From Candidatus Aldehydirespiratoraceae bacterium (GTDB lineage: Bacteria > Actinomycetota > Acidimicrobiia > Acidimicrobiales > Aldehydirespiratoraceae), in assembly GCA_965214565.1 (NCBI GenBank), contig OZ243951.1:2740888-2804887 (forward strand): a stretch of DNA of 64,000 nt, given 5' to 3'. Of the stretch, positions 57,469 through 64,000 are shown in pieces. The notes below the pieces were generated by a model, which saw only the letters and a program-made list of their open reading frames with translations, did no database searches and was not told where the DNA came from. A program made the translations under genes and the position numbers. Within the stretch, counting starts at the first letter, position 1. Each line of letters begins with the position of its first letter.

Positions 57469-57896
57469 TCTTTCAACGAATTGTTGGAAGCAAGCAGTTG
57501 CTTGATCCGGTTGGTGACAGTCTGGCGGTTCCGGTGCATCTTCTCGTAGGCGAGAATCTCAGCGAGTTCAGCATCTGAGAGCGATTCGAGTCTCGCCAGC
57601 AACTGCGGTGCCGAGAAGGAGCCGTAGTCCTCGATCGGCAAAGATGCAGCATCGGAGTTCGGTTTGCCCTGATCGTCGTGATCGTCGGGTTCATCGGCTA
57701 GCTCGTGATCAGAATCCCGTCGGAGATTGTCGGCGACCCCCCCGGCGACCCTGCCGGCGAGTTGGGCGAGTACTACCTGCCCCCGGCCGCGATCAGCCAG
57801 CTTGGGTATCAGCTCCTTGGCCTCCAACAGCAGGCCGATCGGTGCATAGACGAATAGATCAAGCAGTTGCTCGCCGAGGTTCTCATTCTCGTTCAC
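57465..57896 (-). CDS. Hypothetical protein (N-terminal hydrophobic helix, acidic linker, C-terminal helical SAP/Rho-N-like motif)
   Basis: The GTG start overlaps the upstream stop (GTGA), and its own stop overlaps the GNAT start. The IEDYGSFSAPQLLARLESLSDAELAEILAYE motif recurs in actinobacterial hypotheticals. Confidence 0.55.
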   Translation of the reverse strand: MNENENLGEQLLDLFVYAPIGLLLEAKELIPKLADRGRGQVVLAQLAGRVAGGVADNLRRDSDHELADEPDDHDDQGKPNSDAASLPIEDYGSFSAPQLLARLESLSDAELAEILAYEKMHRNRQTVTNRIKQLLASNNSLKE

Positions 57897-58396
57897 GAGA
57901 CACCGAGAGGCCCGCCACAATGTGGGCATTCATCGTCGACGACCGCTGCGCTGTTGACCAACAAGAAGCAGTGCGGACACGAGAACTCGTTGTCTCCGCG
58001 GGCGACAACCTGTTCAGCGTCACCCGATCCGCCGGGAGCGGACCTCACTGTGGACGTCTCCTCCTCGTCCTCCTCGGCCTGGTCGTCCCCGGCGGCAATG
58101 CGTTCTTTCAAGATCGCGTCGAGGTCGGCCTCTATGTCGTCTTCGTCGTCGTCGTCTTCGTCCTCGTCGAGATCGTCGTCAAGATCGCCGTTCAGGTCGT
58201 CGTCTTCGTCCTCGTCGGGATCGTCGCCGTCGAGATCCTCGTCAAGGTCCTCGTCGATGTCTTCTTCGAGGTCCTCTTCGTCGATGTCGGGATCGAAGCC
58301 GTCGTCGAGACCGTTGTCTTCGATACCGTCGGTTTCGAGACCGCTGTCACTGAGGTCCTTGCCTTCGTCGTCGTGTTCAGAGAGGTTGTCGTTCAC
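57893..58396 (-). CDS. DUF4193-like protein (hyper-acidic N-terminus, C-terminal Zn-ribbon)
   Basis: The C-terminus EFSCPHCFLLVNSAAVVDDECPHCGGP matches the DUF4193 pattern (EF-x-C-x2-CFLV...C-x2-C). The start is uncertain (GTG 58396 or ATG 58456). Confidence 0.7.
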   Translation of the reverse strand: MNDNLSEHDDEGKDLSDSGLETDGIEDNGLDDGFDPDIDEEDLEEDIDEDLDEDLDGDDPDEDEDDDLNGDLDDDLDEDEDDDDEDDIEADLDAILKERIAAGDDQAEEDEEETSTVRSAPGGSGDAEQVVARGDNEFSCPHCFLLVNSAAVVDDECPHCGGPLGVS

Positions 58397-58470
58397 CGGT
58401 GGTCCTGAAGCCAGAATTGTTGACGCGGAGCATAGACAATGCGAAGCCCGAAGCAACCTCAGAGAGAGGA

Positions 58471-60090
58471 TTAACCCAGATCGCGTTCTTGGCGGCGCTT
58501 CTCCGCACGTTGTTCCGCAGATAGGCGTCCCAGCGCTGTGTCAGTCGAATGATCGACGAAGCGCATGGCCTCGGCCAGAGCAAGGTGCCCTGCCTTCTCG
58601 GCGATCTGAGTGTGCATTCGTTGACAGATGCGACGGTAGGCCTCGTGTCCCTGCGGCGTGGTGCGCAACTCGAGCATGTGCATTGCCTCGCGTGCGTTGA
58701 ACTGCATCGAGTAGCGGATCCGGTAAGCCAACGACACCGCGTAGCAGGCGCTGTCGCGATGGTCTGCTGCGAGCGCGTTGTGGAGCGATTCAGAGCGCGC
58801 CATTGCCGAGCGGTACTCCTCGGAGACTCCGGCGGCATCAACTGCGTCCGGAACCACGTATCCGTGACGTGGCGACAGCGGCTGCCAGTCGATGGTGAGC
58901 ATCCGATGGCGTTGCAGATCCCTGAAAGCTCCGTAGTCCGACAGGACGTCGAAGCGGTATCCGGTGCGTTCGAAGGCTCGACCGGGGCGATGGCGGCGGT
59001 TGCTTCGGTAGCCGACGTAGGCCTTGATCACGTCGATCCGCTCGTCCACCGACATCTGCTGTACCCGTGCCTCGAGCATCCGCTCAGAAAGTGAGGTGTA
59101 GGGATACAGGCACGCGGTCACGACCTTCAATTCACCTTCGGGATCAAAGTCGACCAGTTCAACGACGTCGTCGTCGACCACTCCCCCGGTTTCGTAGCCG
59201 AATATTCGATCGCTGACCGCTTCCATGGAGTCGCGGGTGTCGGTGAGGTAGTTCGTTGCCCGCACCCCGCGATCGGGGAGATCGACACGCTTGAGAAACG
59301 AAGGGATCACCTTGCGCAGTTCGGCCAGCATCAGTTCCGCATAGGCGCGCGATTCCGGCAACGGGTGGCTTCTCATTCGCAACAGCAGGGCTTCGTATGC
59401 CTGTCCGGTGCCGTATATGCCGACATTGGACAGCGAAGCCGCCGGCAGCATGCCGCGGATCGCGTCGAGCGAGCGGGCCTGAATGGCGATCCGGTAGGCG
59501 AAATCGCTGTCACCGTCGTTCTTCGGGACCACCTCGCGAAAAAATGTCTGCATCTGCGGAATCAGTTGCGAGTAGCCCTCGAAGATCCTGTCCATGTCTG
59601 CCACATAGCGCGTGCCGAGCGGAGAACTCATGATCTGGGGATCGCGGTAGTAGCGGTAACGCCCTCCCAGTCGTTGGTCATAGGCGATGTAGCGGGTGCT
59701 CTGCTCGAGGTAGGCCATCAGGCGACCCCACTCGAGAATCTTGGTCAAGACGTTGGATGCCTGCTCGCAGGCGAGGTGGACACCGCCGAGCTGGGCCACA
59801 CTGTCGTCGCCGTATTCGAAGAAGACTCGGTCGTAGAGTTCTTCGGCGCGGCGCAGTCCCACTGTTGCGTCGATCGTCCGGTCGCCTTCAATATCGAGGT
59901 CTCCGACGAACTCTTGGAGGAACAACCGTCTCAGGCTCAGCGATGAACGAGAGTACCTCGCGAAAAGCGCCCCCTTGACGACTTCGGGAAGGTTTACCAA
60001 CGCGAACACGGGCTGGTCGAGGTTCGTGAAATAGCGACGAAGTATGTCGGCCTCGTCGGCGGTGAAGTCCTCGGCGATGTAGACCGTCAT
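58471..60090 (-). CDS. Tandem-domain ThyX-like (flavin-dependent thymidylate synthase-like) protein, 539 aa
   Basis: There are two ThyX-like halves. The N-half has GRLMAYLEQSTRY, compared with canonical RHRxxSYSQxSQRY. The C-half has LQRHRMLT...SPRHGY. It is about twice the length of canonical ThyX. Confidence 0.6.
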   Translation of the reverse strand: MTVYIAEDFTADEADILRRYFTNLDQPVFALVNLPEVVKGALFARYSRSSLSLRRLFLQEFVGDLDIEGDRTIDATVGLRRAEELYDRVFFEYGDDSVAQLGGVHLACEQASNVLTKILEWGRLMAYLEQSTRYIAYDQRLGGRYRYYRDPQIMSSPLGTRYVADMDRIFEGYSQLIPQMQTFFREVVPKNDGDSDFAYRIAIQARSLDAIRGMLPAASLSNVGIYGTGQAYEALLLRMRSHPLPESRAYAELMLAELRKVIPSFLKRVDLPDRGVRATNYLTDTRDSMEAVSDRIFGYETGGVVDDDVVELVDFDPEGELKVVTACLYPYTSLSERMLEARVQQMSVDERIDVIKAYVGYRSNRRHRPGRAFERTGYRFDVLSDYGAFRDLQRHRMLTIDWQPLSPRHGYVVPDAVDAAGVSEEYRSAMARSESLHNALAADHRDSACYAVSLAYRIRYSMQFNAREAMHMLELRTTPQGHEAYRRICQRMHTQIAEKAGHLALAEAMRFVDHSTDTALGRLSAEQRAEKRRQERDLG

Positions 60091-60101
60091 TCGTGCGGAG
60101 C

Positions 60102-61277
60102 TTATTCGTTCGGCTTGAATGAGCCGCGGATGGCGGGCAACGCCTCGGGGTCGCCCCAGCAGTCGACGATGGTCATCGCCATGTTCATTGCGCCGTCGAT
60201 GACTGCTTGATCCGCCGCGTCGGAACGAGCATGGACAGCGAACTCCGGCGTGTGGATCGCAACACCCTTGGGCGCCACTTTGATGATCGGATGGATCGAG
60301 GGGACAGCGTGGCTGACGTTGCCCATGTCGGTGCTCCCAACGACGATTCGCCTGTCGTCTTGGGGGTTGACGACCCGGCCGTTGGCTGCTGAGTTGTTCA
60401 CGTAGAGATCGAGCAGCGGCTCGCTGTCGACCATGTTGTAGAAGGGCGGGTCCTTCCAGACGCTGTGCATCTCACAGCCCGCTGCAGTCGCCCCGGCTTC
60501 AAGGCAGGCACTGAAACGCTCCTTGAGGCGTTGGAGACTGTCGACGTTGCCGGACCTCACGTACCACTGAGTCGCTGCAGCGGAGGGGACGATATTGGGT
60601 TTCGTCCCGGCGTCGGTGAAGATGCCGTGGATTCGTTCGTTGGGCGCGATGTGCTGGCGGAGCGCCGCGACTGCGTTGTAGCCGAGCACGGCTGCGTCGA
60701 GCGCGTTGCGTCCCAGATGGGGGGCTGCGGCTGCGTGGGCCGCCTTCCCGGAGTAGGTGACGTCGACGGTGTGGACCGCGATCACCTCCATCTTCTCGAT
60801 GTCGTGGTCGGCGGGGTGGACCATCATGGCCGCGTCGATGTCGTCGAAGGCGCCTCTGCGGATCATGAACTCCTTGCCGCCGCCGCCCTCCTCGGCCGGT
60901 GTGCCGAGAATGGCGACACGTCCGCCGAGCGCTTCAGCCACTGTGGCGGCGGCGAGTCCGGCGCCGAGCCCCGCAGCGGCGATCACATTGTGGCCGCACG
61001 CGTGACCGATCCCAGGGAGTGCATCGTATTCGCAGCACACCGCAATGGTCGGGCCCGAAGTTCCGACTCGGGCGTCGAAAGCAGTCGACATGTCGTATGC
61101 GCCGCGGTCAACGGACAGCCCCTCTTCTTCGATGGCACTGGTAAGGACCTCGTGGGCGTGATGCTCCTCGAACCCGAGTTCTGGGTTTGCATGCAACGAG
61201 TGCGAGATCTCCAGCAGCTTCGGCGTCAGACGCTCGACTTCGGCTCGGACCGACTTCTTCGCCTCGATTACATCCAT
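60102..61277 (-). CDS. M20-family amidohydrolase/peptidase (M20D, AbgB/hippuricase-like)
   Basis: ALPGIGHACGHN, PAEEGGGGK, and the overall length are typical of M20D amidohydrolases. Confidence 0.88.
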   Translation of the reverse strand: MDVIEAKKSVRAEVERLTPKLLEISHSLHANPELGFEEHHAHEVLTSAIEEEGLSVDRGAYDMSTAFDARVGTSGPTIAVCCEYDALPGIGHACGHNVIAAAGLGAGLAAATVAEALGGRVAILGTPAEEGGGGKEFMIRRGAFDDIDAAMMVHPADHDIEKMEVIAVHTVDVTYSGKAAHAAAAPHLGRNALDAAVLGYNAVAALRQHIAPNERIHGIFTDAGTKPNIVPSAAATQWYVRSGNVDSLQRLKERFSACLEAGATAAGCEMHSVWKDPPFYNMVDSEPLLDLYVNNSAANGRVVNPQDDRRIVVGSTDMGNVSHAVPSIHPIIKVAPKGVAIHTPEFAVHARSDAADQAVIDGAMNMAMTIVDCWGDPEALPAIRGSFKPNE

Positions 61278-61352
61278 CCGGCGATTCTAGGGCTGCCCTT
61301 TCGTCGCTCGGGGTGTTCACGTCGGGAAATCTGTAGTGGGACCGAGCAGGGT

Positions 61353-61964
61353 TCAGATCCAGACGTCCAGCGCTTCGGGTTCGACTCGGATGCTCAACGT
61401 CCGGGCTTCGCCGATGCTGATTCCGTCGAGGGCCACAGGGGTGGTTCGGGCGAGTTCCATTTGGGCGGCGTGACAGCGGCGGATCTTGATTTGCGGGTGG
61501 GGCACATGCGTTCCGGAACGCAGTCTGGAGCGAGCCTTCAAGCGCTCGGAGAAACTCGGGTCCGCTTCGATGAGGTCGAGTCTTCCGTCACCGGGGTGAG
61601 CTTTGGGAGCGATGTTGTAGTCACCCATGAAGGCAGCGTTCGCGGCGATCACGATCGGGCCGCGCCACCAGGAGCGGCGTGCCACCAGATGGGACACGAA
61701 CCAGACCAGACGTCCGTCGACCAGCGCCATCCCCAAGTCGATCTGCACATGGGTCCCCTCCCCCGCCCGCAGCGAGACCTCGTTGTCAGCAACGCCCAAG
61801 GTCCGCGCCAGGTCACCACCGAGCAGGCACAACGGTGGGGTGGGTTTGCGCGCTCGTCGTGACGCGCTGATCGCTTCGTTGGCCTCGGCGTCGTTGTTGA
61901 CGAAGATCGCATCGTCAGGAACCGGTTCGGGTCTCCCCCAGTCCGTCCCCTTGCGGATGCTCAC
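61353..61964 (-). CDS. Hypothetical protein
   Basis: The start overlaps the tatC stop. It has a weak resemblance (HPGDGRLDL) to the C-terminal beta-sandwich of the DAGK/YegS-like lipid kinase fold, without the kinase N-domain. Confidence 0.5.
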   Translation of the reverse strand: MSIRKGTDWGRPEPVPDDAIFVNNDAEANEAISASRRARKPTPPLCLLGGDLARTLGVADNEVSLRAGEGTHVQIDLGMALVDGRLVWFVSHLVARRSWWRGPIVIAANAAFMGDYNIAPKAHPGDGRLDLIEADPSFSERLKARSRLRSGTHVPHPQIKIRRCHAAQMELARTTPVALDGISIGEARTLSIRVEPEALDVWI

Positions 61965-62743
61965 TGCGTTCGGGCCTTCTTCGCGGCTCTTCGATTCCGT
62001 ATGCGACCGAACAGGATGGCGATCTCATAGAAGATGTACATGGGCACTGACAACACGCCGAGGGTGAAGGGGTCACCGCTCGGAGTGATGACCGCCACGA
62101 GGGCGACGATGCCGACGACGGCATAGCGCCGACCGCTTCGCAGCGTCTGGTTGTCGACGATGTCGAGCACCTGCAGGAAGATCAGGATGATCGGGAACTC
62201 GAATCCGATCCCGAAGGCGAGGATCATCTTGATCACGAAGCCCAGGTACTCATTGGGTGCGTACCATTCGACGAGGTCTTCGCCGCCCAACTGGGAGAGG
62301 AACTCGAGAGCCCGCGGGATTGTCCAGTATGCGAGGCCTGCGCCCGCGAAGAAGAGCGCCACGCCGCTGACCATGAAGGCGATCGCGAATCGTTTTTCGT
62401 GCGAGAACAGTCCTGGGGCCACGAAACGCCAGGTCTGCCACAACAGCACGGGGATCGAGGCGATGAGTCCGCCGTATCCCGCGACCGAGATTCGCACACT
62501 GAAGGGCTCGAAGGGATTGCGGGCATACAGTTGGCATCCCGAGCCGAACACTTCGGTTGCGCTGCGATCAGACTCAGGCAGCGAGCGACAGTACGGTTCG
62601 AGCAGGAAGTCCAGGATCCACGGATAGGCGAACCAGCACGCGACCGCGCCGACGGCGATCGTGATGAGCGAGATGACGATCCGACGACGGAGCTCCGTCA
62701 GGTGCTCCATGAGCGTCATTGGTGTCTCTTCTTTTGTGCTCAT
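61961..62743 (-). CDS. tatC: Twin-arginine translocase subunit TatC
   Basis: MTLMEHLTELRRR start, six TM segments, and the SQL...PNEYL and GDPFT motifs. Confidence 0.93.
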   Translation of the reverse strand: MSTKEETPMTLMEHLTELRRRIVISLITIAVGAVACWFAYPWILDFLLEPYCRSLPESDRSATEVFGSGCQLYARNPFEPFSVRISVAGYGGLIASIPVLLWQTWRFVAPGLFSHEKRFAIAFMVSGVALFFAGAGLAYWTIPRALEFLSQLGGEDLVEWYAPNEYLGFVIKMILAFGIGFEFPIILIFLQVLDIVDNQTLRSGRRYAVVGIVALVAVITPSGDPFTLGVLSVPMYIFYEIAILFGRIRNRRAAKKARTQ

Positions 62744-63192
62744 GGAGTGGCGGCTTGAGCGTTGGTGTCGTTCGCGGCTTCAGTGTTGTCTGCTGCTGTG
62801 TCGTCGTTCGCGGCTTCAGTGTTGTCTGCTGCTGTGTCGTCGTTCGCGGCTTCAGTGCTGTCTGCTGCTGTGTCGTCCGTTGCTGTGTCGTCCGTCGCGC
62901 TGTCACCGGCAGCGGTGGAGTCGTCTGCGGGGGGACCTGTGACAGCGGTGTCGGCTGTCGTGGCAACCGATTCGGAAGCGACCACGCGTGCACCCTCGGC
63001 CCGGGCCTCGGCTTCAACGATCGGGTCCTGCATCGCTTCGCGCATCTCTTTTTGAAATCCGCCGGAAATCCGCTTCAACTCGGTGAGCGCTCTACCGACC
63101 TGACGAGCGGCGTAGGGCAGTTTCTTTGGTCCGAGAACCACCAGTGCCACCAGCAGGATGACGACCACTTCCATACCGCCCAGATTTCCCAT
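62740..63192 (-). CDS. tatA: Twin-arginine translocase TatA/TatB-family protein with a long repeat-containing acidic tail
   Basis: GGMEVVVILLVALVVLGPKKLPYAARQVG is the TatA/B TM plus hinge plus amphipathic helix signature. At 150 aa it is long for TatA. Confidence 0.85.
   Translation of the reverse strand: MGNLGGMEVVVILLVALVVLGPKKLPYAARQVGRALTELKRISGGFQKEMREAMQDPIVEAEARAEGARVVASESVATTADTAVTGPPADDSTAAGDSATDDTATDDTAADSTEAANDDTAADNTEAANDDTAADNTEAANDTNAQAATP
62767..62874. repeat. In-frame 36-bp tandem repeat x3 inside tatA (encodes DDTAADNTEAAN-type units)
   Basis: Copies at 62767-62802 and 62803-62838 are identical. The copy at 62839-62874 differs at one base. A degenerate partial copy follows. 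Confidence 0.9.
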
Positions 63193-63201
63193 GCGCAGAG
63201 C

Positions 63202-63450
63202 CTACCGAGCGTCGTATCCGCGCCGCGAACGGAGCCGACGGATAGTCACGGCACTCTCGAGTTGGTGCATTCGGGCAGACAAGGCACCGGTGAGATGCAG
63301 CAGATCGTCGTTGGCTACGCCTGCCGAGCGGGCGCGCCTCATCGAGTGGCGCAACAGTGCCATCTCTCTGGAGACCCTTTGCAGTGAGACTGTCAGCACC
63401 ACCACAGACACGATCACCGCGGCGGCCACCAGCATCAAGCTCCAACTCAT
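63202..63450 (-). CDS. Hypothetical small membrane protein (82 aa; one TM segment plus a basic helix)
   Basis: MSWSLMLVAAAVIVSVVVLTV, then a charged helical region. It sits immediately upstream of tatA on the same strand. No family recognised. Confidence 0.35.
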   Translation of the reverse strand: MSWSLMLVAAAVIVSVVVLTVSLQRVSREMALLRHSMRRARSAGVANDDLLHLTGALSARMHQLESAVTIRRLRSRRGYDAR

Positions 63451-63513
63451 GGGGCGAGCGTATCGCAGTAGCTTTCGTCGTTTCTCAATGGCCGCGTGCG
63501 CATACTGGCAATC

Positions 63514-64000
63514 GTGAAGACGCGTTATGCGCCCCTCGGAGGTCCGGTGATCCTCTTTGCGCACCGGGGGGCGAGGACCCTGGAGAGGGAGAACACGCTT
63601 GCCGCTTTCAAGCGGGCGGCGGAACTCGGCGCGACAGGAATCGAGAGCGATGCATGGCTGAGCAAAGACGGTCAGGTCGTGTTGGACCACGACGGTTACC
63701 ACCGAAGGTTCCCCCGAAAGTGGATCAAAGACGCCGACAGAGCCGATTTGGCCGCACACATCCCCACCCTGGGCGAGTTCTACAACTCCGTGGGCACTGA
63801 CCTTCCGCTGAGTCTGGACCTGAAGGACCCTTCAGCCTTCGCTCCGACCGTTTCCACAGCACGGGAGTTCGGCGCGCAACAACGGTTGTGGATCTGCCAC
63901 TCCGACCTTGAAGTGTTGTCGCAGTGGCGCCGAGCCGCTCCTGATGTGCGCCTCGTCAACTCGACTGCGACCAAACGGCTGGCGCGCGGCCCCGAACGCC
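63514..64000 (+). CDS. Glycerophosphodiester phosphodiesterase (GDPD) family protein, N-terminal part (3' end lies outside the window)
   Basis: This ORF is not in the supplied ORF track (it runs off the window edge). My own translation from GTG 63514 gives VKTRYAPLGGPVILFAHRGARTLERENTLAAFKRAAELGATGIESDAWLSKDGQVVLDHDG, which is the GDPD HRG...EN(T/S)...E-x-D...HD signature. Confidence 0.8.
   Translation, partial: MKTRYAPLGGPVILFAHRGARTLERENTLAAFKRAAELGATGIESDAWLSKDGQVVLDHDGYHRRFPRKWIKDADRADLAAHIPTLGEFYNSVGTDLPLSLDLKDPSAFAPTVSTAREFGAQQRLWICHSDLEVLSQWRRAAPDVRLVNSTATKRLARGPER

Noticed and set aside
56995-57896. GNAT plus upstream overlapping gene considered as a GNAT-toxin/antitoxin (TacT-like) pair
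   Set aside because: The upstream protein is 143 aa, with a hydrophobic N-terminus and no RHH/DUF1778-like antitoxin features. The GNAT shows no specific toxin hallmarks.
57990-58400. GAC/GAA/GAG-rich repetitive DNA (on the coding strand) that looks like a microsatellite
   Set aside because: It is the coding sequence for the poly-Asp/Glu region of the DUF4193-like protein. The codon repeats are imperfect and there is no exact tandem unit.
60465-61862. 465-aa plus-strand ORF antisense to the M20 amidohydrolase and the next gene
   Set aside because: It is a shadow ORF that spans an intergenic gap of the real minus-strand genes. The translation lacks any family signature.
62760-62900. Regular 36-bp repeats that could be mistaken for a mini CRISPR array
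   Set aside because: The repeats are contiguous with no spacers. They are in frame inside tatA and encode a repeated peptide.

Overview
High-GC actinobacterial chromosomal segment, densely coding. The class is uncertain; the Bpa, SepF/DivIVA, MshD-like and H1/DksA-like genes point to Actinomycetota. Gene order from left to right: (1) The end of the dcw/cell-division cluster: murB', ftsQ, ftsZ, pgeF, yggS, sepF, divIVA. (2) A lysine-rich H1-like/DksA-like protein, rluD, an Rrf2 regulator, an alkaline-phosphatase-family protein, the proteasome activator Bpa, and dnaE. (3) A nitroreductase and a DUF35+thiolase pair. (4) A nearly complete purine cluster (purS-purS-purL fusion, purQ, purC, purE, purK, purF, purD, purM, purN) that overlaps directly into menA. 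(5) VOC, menG, an mshD-like GNAT and nth. (6) hisD-C-B-H-A-F. (7) A ~4.5 kb lower-GC accessory island. (8) A GroES-like protein, an amidase, and hisI-trpE-ygfZ-ABM-trpF-trpB-trpA. (9) A metabolic block: HAD nucleotidase, two tandem SDRs, a thioesterase and a beta-hydroxyacid dehydrogenase. (10) yqgE, a DUF1330-like+SET fusion, an Arg-rich protein, an enoyl-CoA hydratase, and a minus-strand gene string (GNAT, hypothetical, DUF4193, tandem ThyX-like, M20 amidohydrolase, hypothetical, tatC, tatA). (11) A partial GDPD gene at the right edge. I recognised no rRNA, tRNA or CRISPR array by eye. The most interesting region is the island that splits hisF from hisI (36.6-41.2 kb). It carries a translationally coupled ABC/AAA_21-type ATPase plus a small Toprim/DUF4276-like partner, an architecture like PARIS, OLD and AbiL. 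It also carries a separate low-GC HIRAN-domain gene with a small partner, a 20-bp tandem repeat, and a possible transposase relic. All functional calls come from motif recognition by eye. No database search was run.
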